Assembly: GCA_013214715.1 (NCBI GenBank)
Contig: JABSSB010000002.1
Coordinates: 1-53,424 of the forward strand
Reading direction: 5' to 3'
DNA length: 53,424 nucleotides
Source of the DNA: Paracoccaceae bacterium
Lineage (GTDB): Bacteria > Pseudomonadota > Alphaproteobacteria > Rhodobacterales > Rhodobacteraceae
In this document: in pieces, positions 1 through 12,188 of the stretch
Numbering within the stretch: position 1 is the stretch's first letter
Layout: the number at the start of each line of letters is the position of its first letter
Made by a program: the position numbers and the translations under genes
Notes under the pieces: model-generated
Seen by the model: only the letters and a program-made list of their open reading frames with translations
Database searches by the model: none
Told to the model about the DNA's origin: nothing

Positions 1-494
1 GCAGAGGCGTCCTTGGTCTGATCAACATGGACATGGGTATGACCGTGATCGTGGGAATGGGTGCGCCCGTGGCCATAGGCGCCGCCCTCGGGTGTGAAGG
101 GTTCTTGCACCGGGCGCGTTGCGGCCCCCAAAAGTGTCAGCATGTCCGCGATGACCTTGTCGGGTTGGATCAGCAACCGCCCGGCTTCGATCTGGCAGGG
201 GGTGTGGCGGTTGCCCACATGCCAGGCGATGCGGGTCAGGTCGGGCGCTGTGACCTCAAGCAAGGCTTCGGGCGCCGCCTCAATGGCGATCAGGCGTCCA
301 TCCGCCAGTTCCAGCGCATCGCCATGATCCAGAGAGGTTGTCGATGGCAGATCGACAAGGAGGCTTTGCCCGCTTTGGGTCACCAGAACCTTGCGGCGCA
401 GGAACCGGTCATCATAGCTCAGGCTCAGCCGATCTGTGGTGTGGCGCTGATGCCCGGCCTCAAGGCGCGTCTGGGCGAGGGGCAGATCACTCAT
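1..494 (-). CDS. ureE: urease accessory protein UreE (N-terminal part; gene runs off the window start)
   Basis: Own minus-strand translation from ATG at 494: MSDLPLAQTRLEAGHQRHTTDRLSLSYDDRFLRRKVLVTQSG...WHVGNRHTPCQIEAGRLLIQPD...GHGRTHSHDHGHTHVH. UreE-like core plus His-rich tail. Missing from the ORF track because it has no stop inside the window. Lies downstream of ureC. Confidence 0.8.
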   Translation of the reverse strand, partial: MSDLPLAQTRLEAGHQRHTTDRLSLSYDDRFLRRKVLVTQSGQSLLVDLPSTTSLDHGDALELADGRLIAIEAAPEALLEVTAPDLTRIAWHVGNRHTPCQIEAGRLLIQPDKVIADMLTLLGAATRPVQEPFTPEGGAYGHGRTHSHDHGHTHVHVDQTKDAS

Positions 495-599
495 GGCAAG
501 CTCCTTCGGGCCGTCATGCAAAAACACCCCTGCCGCGGGGTGCAGCAGAGGTGTGTGCAAGGTGATTTTGGGGGCCCGGCACAGGCCGGACTTTGTCGA

Positions 600-815
600 T
601 CAGACCCAGCCGCCGAAGACGTGGCCGGCAATCTCTTCGCGCTTCAGCCCACGCTTGGCAAGCTCGGCATCCGACAGCTCGACCAAGGCCTGCGCCTGCT
701 GAAGGCGCGGGTTGGCTTCGGCCATGAAGGCCAGCGTTTCGCCGATTTTGTTCAGCGCGCGGGCAAAGATGTTTTCGGTCTGGCCTGTGCGGGCGTCGTA
801 GCTGATATGGGCCAT
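600..815 (-). CDS. DUF1127-like small protein
   Basis: ORF 600..875 trimmed to ATG 815 (GGAGAG about 5 nt upstream). The 71-aa product ends in ...LSDAELAKRGLKREEIAGHVF, the C-terminal pattern typical of DUF1127. Confidence 0.65.
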   Translation of the reverse strand: MAHISYDARTGQTENIFARALNKIGETLAFMAEANPRLQQAQALVELSDAELAKRGLKREEIAGHVFGGWV

Positions 816-942
816 GGGGCTCTCCAATCCGGTCATCATCCGTCTTGGCCCCAATGTATTGTGCAGATGCAGCATGAGTTAGCCCCCGGCTGGAATAGCC
901 GGTCTGCGTGTCATGCAATGCTGCCCTTGGGTCCCGCATGGC

Positions 943-2703
<1,761 letters not shown>

Positions 2704-2724
2704 GAGGCTCTCCGGGGGCGTCGA

Positions 2725-3093
2725 TCAATAGGGTTCGGCATAGGCACGGATTTCCTCCGTGCGCGCGTTTGTCAGGCGAGTGAGGCAGTCGGCGTGCATC
2801 ATCGGTTGGATTGAGCCGCCCTCATATTTGGCGGCCACGGCCGAGCAATGGGCGTCGCGATAGCTCAGCCAGGCGCGTTGAGCGGTCAGCAGAGCTTGGC
2901 CGGACGGCGCGTTTCGCCCGCCAAGCCAATCATTCATGGCCAGTTGATAGGTGGCGTTGAGGTCAGCATCCGCGGCCTGATAGGCCAGCCCGGCGCAGTG
3001 GGTCATATCGGCCTGTGTTTGAGGCGCGCTGCAATCTACCGCCTGCGCGGCGGCTGGTCCTGTGCAAAGGATGAACGCAGCGGCCAGCCTCAT
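2725..3093 (-). CDS. DUF1311 / LprI-family periplasmic protein embedded in the urease operon
   Basis: ORF 2725..3129 trimmed to ATG 3093 (GGGAG upstream, 1 nt after the ureB stop). Signal peptide MRLAAAFILCTGPAAAQA. Shows the Cys-containing DUF1311 pattern (DCSAPQTQADMTHC...ADADLNATY...QRAWLSYRDAHC). Confidence 0.75.
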   Translation of the reverse strand: MRLAAAFILCTGPAAAQAVDCSAPQTQADMTHCAGLAYQAADADLNATYQLAMNDWLGGRNAPSGQALLTAQRAWLSYRDAHCSAVAAKYEGGSIQPMMHADCLTRLTNARTEEIRAYAEPY

Positions 3094-3094
3094 C

Positions 3095-3403
3095 TCACAA
3101 ATCTCCCATGACCTGCTGGTTGAAGCCAAAAATTCGGCGGGCGCCGCTGATTTCGATCAGATGCACATCGCGTTCCTGGCCGGGTTCGAACCGCACGGCG
3201 GTGCCCGCGGCAATGTCCAGCCGCCGCCCGCGCGCAGCATCGCGGTCGAACTCAAGCGCGCTGTTGGCTTCGGCAAAATGATAATGGCTGCCAACCTGCA
3301 CCGGGCGGTCGCCAGTATTGGCCACGCGCAGGGTGATGGCGTCGCGCCCGTCATTCAGGGTCAGCTGGCCGGGGGCGGGGAAGAGTTCACCTGGGATCAT
3401 CAT
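3095..3403 (-). CDS. ureB: urease beta subunit
   Basis: 102 aa. MIPGELF...[26 protein letters not shown], canonical UreB. Confidence 0.95.
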   Translation of the reverse strand: MMIPGELFPAPGQLTLNDGRDAITLRVANTGDRPVQVGSHYHFAEANSALEFDRDAARGRRLDIAAGTAVRFEPGQERDVHLIEISGARRIFGFNQQVMGDL

Positions 3404-3413
3404 GCGCTCCTTC

Positions 3414-3716
3414 TCAGCGGATCGGGTTGTGGACGGTCACCAGCTTGGTGCCGTCGGGAAAGGTGGCCTCGACCTGAACCTCGTGGATCATCTCGGCCAC
3501 GCCCTCCATGCATTGATCGCGGGTGATGACCTGCGCGCCCGCCATCATCATTTCGGCCACAGATTTGCCGTCCCGCGCGCCTTCGACCACGGCATCGGTG
3601 ATCAGGGCGATGGCTTCGGGATGGTTCAGCTTGACGCCGCGCGCCAGACGGCGGCGGGCCACGTCGGCGGCCATGGCCACCATCAGCTTGTCTTTTTCTC
3701 TTGGGGTCAGGTTCAT
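3414..3716 (-). CDS. ureA: urease gamma subunit
   Basis: 100 aa. [39 protein letters not shown], canonical UreA. Confidence 0.95.
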   Translation of the reverse strand: MNLTPREKDKLMVAMAADVARRRLARGVKLNHPEAIALITDAVVEGARDGKSVAEMMMAGAQVITRDQCMEGVAEMIHEVQVEATFPDGTKLVTVHNPIR

Positions 3717-3720
3717 CGGG

Positions 3721-4569
3721 TCACAACATCCAGGGTCTGGGAAGATCGGTTTCGGTCAGGGTTTCCAACAATGGGATCAGCAGTTTGCGCAGCTCATAGC
3801 CGGAGCGGGCGAGAATACGACAGCTGATCAGATCGGGGCGGATCAGGCTGGCGCCACCGCGCGCAGGGCCTGCCGCAGGCAGGCGGGCGCGCAGGATGGG
3901 CAGCATGGCGTCCGCCCTTGGGCTGGCAAGGATCACTGTGGCGGCGGCGCGGTGTCCGGCCAGAGTGGCGCTGTGATCGGCCCGCACCAGATCCGCCGAC
4001 AGCCTTGTGCGGTCTGCATAAAGCAGCGCGCCATCGCGGTGAATGTCGATCCGTTCGACAAAGCTCAGCTGCGCCAGATCTTCGCCCATCGCCGCCCGGC
4101 CAAGCACCAGAGGTTCCACAATCAGCGCCTCGGCATCGGGGGCCATTGTCACGCTCAGTCGCCGCGACAGCGCGGAGCCGTCAAACAGGATGGTTTCCTG
4201 CGGCAACCAGAACAGCCGCGCCCCGGCACCAATATCCAGCCGCGTCTGCACCCGCCCGACCTCTCCCGGCTGCGCGCGATAGGCGCGTTCGGCGGCTTGT
4301 GTTGTCAGACGCAGCGTGGCGCCGGTGTCCACTTGGGCCGAGATATCAAAGCGGTCGCCGCCGGTCACGCCACCGGCGGAATTCAGAATCACCGCAGTCA
4401 TGCCCTCATGGCTGCGCGGAAACAGCAATTTGGTCGACCCGCTTTGTTCCAGATCGCGCAGCACGGTCAGCTTGCCACGCAGCCCGGCGCGGACGCGGCC
4501 TGTGCCTCTGGCGCGGGGCTGGGCGGGCAAGGCGCGGGCCGTTGCGTCGCGAATGGGTGCAATCTGCAC
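3721..4569 (-). CDS. ureD: urease accessory protein UreD/UreH
   Basis: 282-aa ORF ending 4 nt upstream of ureA. Length, position and general UreD-like sequence (…[15 protein letters not shown]…) fit. The call rests partly on context. Confidence 0.8.
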   Translation of the reverse strand: MQIAPIRDATARALPAQPRARGTGRVRAGLRGKLTVLRDLEQSGSTKLLFPRSHEGMTAVILNSAGGVTGGDRFDISAQVDTGATLRLTTQAAERAYRAQPGEVGRVQTRLDIGAGARLFWLPQETILFDGSALSRRLSVTMAPDAEALIVEPLVLGRAAMGEDLAQLSFVERIDIHRDGALLYADRTRLSADLVRADHSATLAGHRAAATVILASPRADAMLPILRARLPAAGPARGGASLIRPDLISCRILARSGYELRKLLIPLLETLTETDLPRPWML

Positions 4570-4864
4570 GCTGTGGCCCTCCTCTTCTTGTCTGCCTTCG
4601 TGATCAACCGACCGGAGTGACTCTGCACAGGCAGGACCTTGGCGGCAAGTTCGCGGCGCGTCGGAATGATGAAATCATGGGCGCTTTGGTGCTGGCTGGT
4701 CAAGTTTTGGGCGATGTCTGCGGCGTATTGCGACGGGAACTGACGCAAGGTCGCGCGGGCAAAAGCCTCGCCATGATTGCGACAAGCCCGATCAGGGGGC
4801 TAGTCTTTGCGCGGGAGACAGCGCCGCAGCGCGCTGCAGGACATTTTTTGGGGGAAGATGCCGG

Positions 4865-6952
4865 ATGGCGGATGCGATGCTTTACACGCTTGAGGGCGAT
4901 ATTGCCGTTCTCGGAGCGCAAAACCCGCCGGTCAATGCGTTGGGTCTGGCGGTGCGGCAGGGGCTGATGGAGGGCATCGCCCGCGCCGAAGCTGATGGGG
5001 CCAAGGCTTTGGTCATTTACGGCACCGGGCGCACCTATTTCGCGGGCGCAGATATTCGCGAGTTTGGCAAACCTCCGATGGATCCCTACTTGCCCGATGT
5101 CTGCCTGCGGCTTGAGGCCTCGCCCCTGATCATTGTCTCGGCCATGCATGGCACGGCGCTGGGCGGCGGGCTCGAAGTGGCTTTGTCAACGCATTACCGT
5201 ATTGCGGTGCCTTCGGCCCGGATGGGTCTGCCCGAGGTGCATCTGGGCCTGATCCCCGGCGCGGGCGGCACGGTGCGCCTGCCGCGTGTTGCGGGGGTGA
5301 TGGCGGCGCTGGATATGGTCACGTCGGGCCGTCATGTCCCGGCTGCCGAGGCGTTGGACATGGGCGTGATCGACCGCATCGCCGATGGCGACCCGCGCGA
5401 GATCGGCATCGCCTATGCGCGCGACCTGATCGACAGCGGCGCCGCCCCGCGACCTGTCAGTGAACTGCCCGCGCCAGAGGGTATCGATTTTGACGCCGCC
5501 TATGCCGCGGCGCTGGCCAAGGGGCGGGGGCAGCTATCGCCCGCCTATGGTGTGCGCGCGGTGCAGGGCGCCTGCGAATTGCCCTTCCTCGATGCGCTCA
5601 AACGCGAGCGGGCGCTGTTTTCGGAGCTGATGGAGACCGATCAACGCAAGGGTATGATCCACGCGTTCTTCTCGGAGCGCGCGGTGAGCAAGCTGCCGGA
5701 ACTGGAGGGCGTCGCGCCGCGTGATGTGCAGGCATTGGGCGTGATTGGCGGTGGCACGATGGGCGCGGGGATCGCAACCGCGGCGCTTTTGTCGGGACTG
5801 TCTGTGGTGATGCTGGAAATGTCGCCCGAGGCGGCGCAGGCCGCCAAGGATCGCATCGCCGGAAACCTGCAAGGCGCGTTGAAGCGGGGCAAGATCGATC
5901 AGGCGGGCTTTGAACACCTGACCGAAAAGGCGCTGACGCTGGCCACCGAGTATGACGCGCTGGCCGGGGCCGATCTGATCATCGAGGCTGTGTTCGAAGA
6001 GATGGCGGTCAAGAAAGAGGTGTTCCGCAAGCTCGACGCCGTGGCGAAACCCGGCGCGGTTCTGGCCTCCAACACCTCCTATCTGGATATTGACGAGATT
6101 GCGTCCGTCACCTCCCGCCCGGCGGATGTGCTGGGGCTGCATTTCTTTTCGCCGGCCCATGTCATGAAATTGCTCGAGGTTGTTGTCGGTGAGGCCACTG
6201 CGCCCGAGGTCGCCGCCACCGGCTTTGCGCTGGGCAAGCGGTTGAAAAAGATTGCCGTGCGGTCGGGCGTGTGTGACGGGTTCATCGGCAACCGTATCCT
6301 GTCGACCTATCGCACGGCGGCGGATCACATGGTTCTGGATGGGGCGAGCCCCTATCAGATTGACAAGGTGATGACCGATTTCGGCTTTGCCATGGGGCCC
6401 TTTGCGGTGGCTGATCTGGCGGGGCTGGACATTGGCTGGGCCGTGCGCAAGCGCAAACGCGCCGAGGGCCTGCCTGAAGGCGCACGTGACAGCACCTATG
6501 TCGACAAGCTCTGTGAAGACGGCCATTTTGGCCAGAAAACCGGCACCGGCTTTTACATCTATGAGGCTGGTAAGCGGGCGGGCGTGCCGAACCCTCAGGT
6601 CGATGACCTGATCGCCGCTGAGCGGGCCGAGCAGGGCATCACCCCGCAGGATTTCAGCGATGACGATATCCTGCGCCGTTACATGGCCGCGATGGTGAAC
6701 GAGGCCGCAAAGGTCGTCGGCGAAGGCATCGCGCGGCGCCCACTGGACGTGGATATGGTGCTGCTCTTTGGCTATGGCTTCCCGCGCTTCAATGGCGGGC
6801 CGCTGAAATGGGCCGATATGGTCGGGCTTGAAGGCCTGCTGTCCGATATCAAGGCCTATGCCGAAACCGACCCGCATTTCTGGACCCCCGCCCCGCTGCT
6901 CGAGCAGTTGGTGGCCGAGGGCCGCACATTTGATGATCTGAACAAGGGGTAA
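4865..6952 (+). CDS. bifunctional enoyl-CoA hydratase / 3-hydroxyacyl-CoA dehydrogenase (FadJ/FadB/PimF-like)
   Basis: 695 aa. N-terminal crotonase fold ([23 protein letters not shown]), a central Rossmann motif [12 protein letters not shown] and a C-terminal 3-hydroxyacyl-CoA dehydrogenase domain. Confidence 0.9.
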   Translation: MADAMLYTLEGDIAVLGAQNPPVNALGLAVRQGLMEGIARAEADGAKALVIYGTGRTYFAGADIREFGKPPMDPYLPDVCLRLEASPLIIVSAMHGTALGGGLEVALSTHYRIAVPSARMGLPEVHLGLIPGAGGTVRLPRVAGVMAALDMVTSGRHVPAAEALDMGVIDRIADGDPREIGIAYARDLIDSGAAPRPVSELPAPEGIDFDAAYAAALAKGRGQLSPAYGVRAVQGACELPFLDALKRERALFSELMETDQRKGMIHAFFSERAVSKLPELEGVAPRDVQALGVIGGGTMGAGIATAALLSGLSVVMLEMSPEAAQAAKDRIAGNLQGALKRGKIDQAGFEHLTEKALTLATEYDALAGADLIIEAVFEEMAVKKEVFRKLDAVAKPGAVLASNTSYLDIDEIASVTSRPADVLGLHFFSPAHVMKLLEVVVGEATAPEVAATGFALGKRLKKIAVRSGVCDGFIGNRILSTYRTAADHMVLDGASPYQIDKVMTDFGFAMGPFAVADLAGLDIGWAVRKRKRAEGLPEGARDSTYVDKLCEDGHFGQKTGTGFYIYEAGKRAGVPNPQVDDLIAAERAEQGITPQDFSDDDILRRYMAAMVNEAAKVVGEGIARRPLDVDMVLLFGYGFPRFNGGPLKWADMVGLEGLLSDIKAYAETDPHFWTPAPLLEQLVAEGRTFDDLNKG

Positions 6953-6956
6953 TGAG

Positions 6957-8144
6957 ATGGACCTGAGCTATTCCGCCGAAGAACAGGCCTTCCGCGAGGA
7001 AGTGCGCGAGTTTCTGGCCAAGGACCTGCCCAAGGAGCTTTCGGACAAGGTCAAAAACCGGTCCGACATGGGTAAAGAGGATTTCGACCGCTGGCACGCG
7101 ATCTTGAATGCGCGCGGCTGGCTGGCCCCGAACTGGCCGCGCGAATTTGGCGGCTGTGAATGGAACGCGGTGCAGCGCCACATTTTTGAAGAAGAATGCG
7201 CCTATGCCAACGCGCCGCGTGTTGTGCCCTTTGGTCTGACAATGCTGGGGCCGGTCTTGCAGAAATTCGGCTCCAAAGAGCAGCAGGAGCGGTTCCTGCC
7301 GCGGATCCTGTCGGGCGAAGACTGGTGGTGTCAGGGCTATTCCGAACCGGGCGCGGGCTCGGACCTGGCCTCGCTGAAAACCAAGGCCGAACGCGACGGC
7401 GACCATTATATCGTGAACGGGCAAAAGACCTGGACCACGCTGGGCCAGTTCGCCAACTGGATTTTCTGTCTTGTGCGCACCGACCCGAATGTGAAGCAGC
7501 AGGAGGGGATTTCCTTTCTGCTGATCGACATGAACACGCCGGGCATCGAAGTGCGCCCGATCATCCTGCTTGATGGCACGCATGAGGTGAACGAGGTCTG
7601 GTTTACTGATGTGCGCGTGCCGGTCGAAAACCTTGTGGGCGAGGAAAACAAGGGCTGGACCTATGCCAAATACCTGCTGACGCATGAGCGCACCAATATC
7701 GCGGGCGTGGGCTTTTCGCTGGCCGGTCTGGATGCGGTAAAGCGCATGGCACGGTCCGAGATGGCAGGCGGGCGCCCGCTGATCGAAAACCCGCAATTCG
7801 CCGCGCGACTGGCTCAGGTGGAATGTGATCTGATGGCGATGGCGACCACCAACCTGCGTATCATATCGAAGGCCGCTGTGGGGCAGGCGCCGGGGGTCGA
7901 AGCCTCGATGCTGAAAATCAAGGGCACCGACATCCGGCAGGAAATCAACGATCTGGCCCGCCGAGCAGCCGGGCCTTATGCGATGCCGTTTGCCTCCGAG
8001 GCCGTGGGCGACAATGACCCGCTGGGTGTCGAAGGCGCAGCCAAATCCGCGCCCGCCTATTTCAACAATCGCAAACTCTCGATCTTCGGCGGCTCGAACG
8101 AGGTGCAGCGCGGGATCATCGCCAAAGTGAAGATGCAGGGGTAA
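6957..8144 (+). CDS. acyl-CoA dehydrogenase (large-subunit-like member of an adjacent pair)
   Basis: 395 aa. WWCQGYSEPGAGSDLASLKT, NGQKTWTT and the C-terminal IFGGSNEVQRGIIAK are ACAD-family segments. Confidence 0.9.
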   Translation: MDLSYSAEEQAFREEVREFLAKDLPKELSDKVKNRSDMGKEDFDRWHAILNARGWLAPNWPREFGGCEWNAVQRHIFEEECAYANAPRVVPFGLTMLGPVLQKFGSKEQQERFLPRILSGEDWWCQGYSEPGAGSDLASLKTKAERDGDHYIVNGQKTWTTLGQFANWIFCLVRTDPNVKQQEGISFLLIDMNTPGIEVRPIILLDGTHEVNEVWFTDVRVPVENLVGEENKGWTYAKYLLTHERTNIAGVGFSLAGLDAVKRMARSEMAGGRPLIENPQFAARLAQVECDLMAMATTNLRIISKAAVGQAPGVEASMLKIKGTDIRQEINDLARRAAGPYAMPFASEAVGDNDPLGVEGAAKSAPAYFNNRKLSIFGGSNEVQRGIIAKVKMQG

Positions 8145-8148
8145 GGCC

Positions 8149-9282
8149 ATGAATTTCGACCTGACCGAAGAACGGCAGATGTTGCAGGACAGCCTGCGGC
8201 GGTTTCTGCGCGACAAATACGACACCGCCACGCGCAATGCGATTTTGGACAGCGACACCGGGTTCAGTGCGGAAATCTGGGCCGAACTCGCGGAGCTGGG
8301 CGTGATTGGGGCGCTCTTCTCGGAAGAAGATGGCGGCTTTGGCGGTGCCGGCTTTGATCTGGCCGTTGTGTTCGAAGAACTGGGCCGCGCAGGCGTGGTG
8401 GAGCCGATGCTGGACAGCGCGGTTCTGGGCGGCGGGCTGATCGCGGCTTTGGGCGATGACACGCAGCGCGGTCTGATCGACGAGATGATTGCAGGCAGCC
8501 TGCATTTGGCGCTGGCGCATGGCGAACCCAGCAGCCGTTATGACCTCAGCCGAGTGGCGACCACGGCCACGGAAAATGGCGACACGATCACGCTGTCGGG
8601 GCGCAAGGCGGTTGTCGTGAATGCCGAAGCGGCGGACATGCTGATCATCTCTGCGCGCGAAAGCGGGGATGTGGCGGATGAAGATGGGATTTCGCTGTTT
8701 CTCGTGCCCACGGATTTTGCCGGGTTGTCGATGCGCGGCTATCCGATGATCGCCGGGGGGCGGGCCGCTGAGATTGTGCTGGATGATCTCACGATCCCGG
8801 CCTCTTTCCGGTTAGGGCCTGCGGGGCAGGCTTGGTCTGCGCTGGCCGCGCGGGTCGCTGCGGCCGAGGTGGCGATTGCCGCCGAGACGCTGGGCGCGAT
8901 GGAAACGGCGACGGAACTGACGCGTGGCTATCTGATGACCCGCAAGCAGTTCGGGCGGCCGATTGGCACGTTTCAGGCGCTGGCCTTCCGCTTTGCAGAT
9001 ATGCTGACCGAGCTGGAACAGGCACGCTCTGCCGTGATCAATGCAGCCGGGCATCTGCAGGCTGACGCCCGCATCCGCGACATGCAGATCGCCGCCGCAC
9101 GCAATCTGCTGGGCCGGGTGGCGCGTCAGATTTCCGAGGAATCGATCCAGATGCATGGTGGCATCGCGATGACGCAGGAATATGAACTCGCTCATATCGC
9201 CAAGCGTATCACGATGGCCGATCACCGTTTTGGCGATACCGACACGCAGTTGGAGCGGTTCATTGCCCTCTCTGCGGCCTGA
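8149..9282 (+). CDS. acyl-CoA dehydrogenase family protein (second member of the pair)
   Basis: 377 aa, starting 4 nt after the previous ACAD. ACAD-like segments: FSEEDGGFGG, RKQFGRPIGTFQAL, HGGIAMTQEYELAHIAKR. Confidence 0.85.
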   Translation: MNFDLTEERQMLQDSLRRFLRDKYDTATRNAILDSDTGFSAEIWAELAELGVIGALFSEEDGGFGGAGFDLAVVFEELGRAGVVEPMLDSAVLGGGLIAALGDDTQRGLIDEMIAGSLHLALAHGEPSSRYDLSRVATTATENGDTITLSGRKAVVVNAEAADMLIISARESGDVADEDGISLFLVPTDFAGLSMRGYPMIAGGRAAEIVLDDLTIPASFRLGPAGQAWSALAARVAAAEVAIAAETLGAMETATELTRGYLMTRKQFGRPIGTFQALAFRFADMLTELEQARSAVINAAGHLQADARIRDMQIAAARNLLGRVARQISEESIQMHGGIAMTQEYELAHIAKRITMADHRFGDTDTQLERFIALSAA

Positions 9283-9685
9283 AAATGGGATCATTGCGGG
9301 CCAGACCGGTGCGCAGCGTCTGATTGGCTACAAGATCGATGTTGGCCAGCCCGACCGCCGCGCTCGTGCGGTGCTGGAGGTCGGGCCGGATCATGCCAAC
9401 CGCATCGGCGCGCTGCATGGCGGGATCATCGCGATGCTTCTGGATGCGGCGATGGGCTTTACCGCGTCGCTCTATTTCGGCGAAGGTGAACCTGAGGTGC
9501 CGCTGGTCACCGTGTCGATGACCACCAATTTCGTGTCGATCGCCAAGATCGGCAGCACGGTCACGGCGACGGGGCTTGTGGCGGGGGGCGGTCGCTCCAT
9601 CGCGCAGGTCACAGGGGAACTGGTGGATGATGGCGGCGCGGTGATTGCCACGGCCACGGGGGTGTTCCGGCGCATCAAAGGGTAG
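9263..9685 (+). CDS. PaaI/hotdog-fold thioesterase
   Basis: Frame of ORF 9182..9685. Hotdog core ...NRIGALHGGIIAMLLDAAMG...GGRSIAQVTGEL. There is no ATG after the ACAD stop. An in-frame TTG at 9263 with GGAG 7 nt upstream is the most plausible start, but the start remains uncertain. Confidence 0.7.
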   Translation: MPSLRPENGIIAGQTGAQRLIGYKIDVGQPDRRARAVLEVGPDHANRIGALHGGIIAMLLDAAMGFTASLYFGEGEPEVPLVTVSMTTNFVSIAKIGSTVTATGLVAGGGRSIAQVTGELVDDGGAVIATATGVFRRIKG

Positions 9686-9714
9686 ACCCGACAGCTTTGG
9701 GAGGGGCGGACGGC

Positions 9715-10497
9715 ATGACATTGGCACGGATCGAAGATCGCGGGGATCACATCGCGATCATCAACAGGAACGCCGCCAAACGCGGTGCCTTGTCGGTTGA
9801 ATATTACGAGGCGGTGATGGCCGGGTTCAAAGCCGCGCAGGAGCGGCGGATCCGCGCGGTTCTGCTCACATCCGAAGGCGGGTTTTTCTGCGCGGGCGGC
9901 GATTTGACCGTGCTGATCGAACGCCACAAACTGCCCGAGGATGAGCGGCATCAAAAGATCGACGCGCTGCATGACATGATCCGTGCCATCCGCGCCAGCC
10001 CGGTGCCGGTGGTCTGCGCCATTGAAGGCGGTGCGGCAGGCGCGGGGCTGTCGATTGCGCTGGCCTGCGATCTGATCGTCGCCGCCGAAGATGCCAAATT
10101 CACCGCGGCTTATGTTAAAGCGGGTTTGGTGCCAGATGGCGGTCTGACCTCGGCCCTTGCGCGCGCGGTGCCGCGGCAGATGGCGATGGAGATGTGTCTG
10201 CTGGGCCGGTCCTTGCCGGTCACGCGCTTTGCCGAGGCCGGGGTGGTGACGGCGTTGACAGCACCCGGCGCGGCCGATCAGGCGGCAGCTGACCTGGTTG
10301 CGCGCCTGACGGCTGGTCCGCGTGATGCACAGGGCGTGATCCGGACTTTGGTGGCCGACGCCTATGAGCTGTCCGAGGAAGATCAACTGGCCGCCGAACA
10401 GATCGGCATGGCCCGGGCGCAAGGTGGGGCCGAGGCGGCGGAAGGCATTGCCGCGTTTCTTGAAAAACGTCCGCCCCGGTTTGGCGATCTGCCATGA
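9715..10497 (+). CDS. enoyl-CoA hydratase/isomerase (crotonase) family protein
   Basis: ORF 9697..10497 trimmed to ATG 9715 (GGGAGGGG upstream). Crotonase segments: FFCAGGDL, AIEGGAAGAGLSIALACDL, AYVKAGLVPDGG. Confidence 0.85.
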   Translation: MTLARIEDRGDHIAIINRNAAKRGALSVEYYEAVMAGFKAAQERRIRAVLLTSEGGFFCAGGDLTVLIERHKLPEDERHQKIDALHDMIRAIRASPVPVVCAIEGGAAGAGLSIALACDLIVAAEDAKFTAAYVKAGLVPDGGLTSALARAVPRQMAMEMCLLGRSLPVTRFAEAGVVTALTAPGAADQAAADLVARLTAGPRDAQGVIRTLVADAYELSEEDQLAAEQIGMARAQGGAEAAEGIAAFLEKRPPRFGDLP

Positions 10498-11987
10498 CCG
10501 AGCGGGTCGAGCATCATCTGGCCCGGCAGGTTGCCGCGCAGCCCAAGGCGCCCGCGATCAGCGACACGACCGGGGCGGCATGGACATGGTCGGATCTGGC
10601 TGCGGCTGCGGCGGATATGGCGCTCTTGCTGCGGGGCGAAGGGGTTCAACCCGGCGACCGGGTTATGCTGGTGACGGAAAACTGCGCGGCCTCGGTCGCG
10701 GCGATGCTGGGCGGCTGGCAGATGGGCGCGGTGATGGTGCCCGTGAACGCCCGCCAAACCGCACCTGAAATCGACCGGGTCGTGGCCCATGCCGAACCGG
10801 CGGCGGTTCTGTTTGCCGACCATGTCGCTGGCGACGCCGCTGCCCATGCCGACCGGTTTCAGGCCTGGACGGTCAGCGGCGGCTTTGGTCGCTTGCGCAT
10901 GGCCTGCCCGCATGACAGCGCACCCGATGCCGTGCAGGATCTGGCCGTTATCCTTTACACCACTGGTACAACCGGCACGCCAAAAGGCGTGATGCTGACC
11001 CATGCCAACCTGCTGTTCGGAGGTCGCGCGAGTTGCGAGTTCCGGTCGATGAGTTCTGCAGATTGGGTCTATGGCGTCTTGCCGATCACGCATGTCTTTG
11101 GGCTCGCCTCGATCATGGTCGGGGGGATGATCGGTGGCGCGCGCCTGTCGATGGAGGCGCGGTTTTCCCCGGCCAAACTCTATGAGGCGCTGACAAGCGG
11201 TGTGACCCTGTTTTCCGGGGTGCCACAGATGCATGCGCAGCTGATGCATTACGTCCGTGAGCGTGGCCATGACCGGCTGGGCAGTGACAGCCTGCGCTAT
11301 GTTTCCTCGGGCGCGGCGCCGCTGGACCCGGAATGGAAGCGTCAGGCCGAGGCGTTTTACGGCGTGGCGATCCAGAACGGCTATGGCATGACGGAAACCA
11401 CAGCGGGGGTGGCTGTGTCACGCAATCAGATCGGCAGCCTCGACATTTCCTGTGGGCCGCTGATCGACGGCTGTGAGCTGCGCATCGATGAAACCGTGCC
11501 CGGTGGCGGTGATGGTGCCGGAGAGGTCGTGACCCGCGGCCCCAACATCATGCGCGGCTATTATCGCAACCCCGAGGCCACCGCGCAGGTTCTGGATTCT
11601 GAAGGCTGGCTGCGCACGGGCGATCTGGGCCGGGTGGATGCGGCAGGGCATCTGCATATTCTGGGCCGCTCGAAAGAGCTGATCATTCATGGCGGTTTCA
11701 ATGTTTATCCGCCCGAGGTCGAAGCCGCGCTGAACGAACATCCTCAGGTGATCCAATGCGCCGTCATAGGCCGCCCGCGCGATGGGGATGAGGAGGTTCT
11801 GGCCTTTGTCATGGCCGCCGCCGCCGATATGCCCGATGTGGCCGACCTGCGCAGCTTTGTAGCCGCGCGTCTGGCGGGATATAAACGACCGTCAAAAATT
11901 ATTGTGGCCACTGCTCTTCCAGCTGCGCCAACTGGTAAAATTTTGAAACACAAACTGATAGACCAGTTTGCCGATTGGCTGAGCTGA
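10494..11987 (+). CDS. AMP-dependent acyl-CoA synthetase/ligase
   Basis: 497 aa. AMP-binding motifs ILYTTGTTGTPKGVMLTH, YGMTETT and GDLG...GRSKELII. ATGA overlap with the crotonase gene. Confidence 0.9.
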   Translation: MTERVEHHLARQVAAQPKAPAISDTTGAAWTWSDLAAAAADMALLLRGEGVQPGDRVMLVTENCAASVAAMLGGWQMGAVMVPVNARQTAPEIDRVVAHAEPAAVLFADHVAGDAAAHADRFQAWTVSGGFGRLRMACPHDSAPDAVQDLAVILYTTGTTGTPKGVMLTHANLLFGGRASCEFRSMSSADWVYGVLPITHVFGLASIMVGGMIGGARLSMEARFSPAKLYEALTSGVTLFSGVPQMHAQLMHYVRERGHDRLGSDSLRYVSSGAAPLDPEWKRQAEAFYGVAIQNGYGMTETTAGVAVSRNQIGSLDISCGPLIDGCELRIDETVPGGGDGAGEVVTRGPNIMRGYYRNPEATAQVLDSEGWLRTGDLGRVDAAGHLHILGRSKELIIHGGFNVYPPEVEAALNEHPQVIQCAVIGRPRDGDEEVLAFVMAAAADMPDVADLRSFVAARLAGYKRPSKIIVATALPAAPTGKILKHKLIDQFADWLS

Positions 11988-12188
11988 TCTTTTTTGATCT
12001 CACCCGCTTTTTTTGCGCGAAAAAACTGGTTTGCCGGGCCGTTTTGGGCGGCTGCAGGGCGTGGGCGGGTCGCTTCTGCGACGAAGCACAGGCAGACTAA
12101 CAGATCTGTAATGGTCATGGTGGAAACTGTGTGTTGACTTGAGCCCTTGATGACCTGTGGGCTTCAGCTCTGGGAGGCGCTGATCGGT

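Noticed and set aside
4570-4864. Sigma-54/NtrC-type sites, an ATGAT-N3-ATCAT palindrome (about 4666-4678) and a repeated ATTGCGAC in the ureD/fadJ-like divergent region
   Set aside because: No good TGGCAC-N5-TTGC match on either strand. The short palindrome and the 8-mer repeat could easily arise by chance in 295 nt.
5534-8462. Minus-strand ORFs 5534..6877 and 6849..8462 (447 and 537 aa)
   Set aside because: They are antisense to the FadJ-like and acyl-CoA dehydrogenase genes and show no recognisable motifs.
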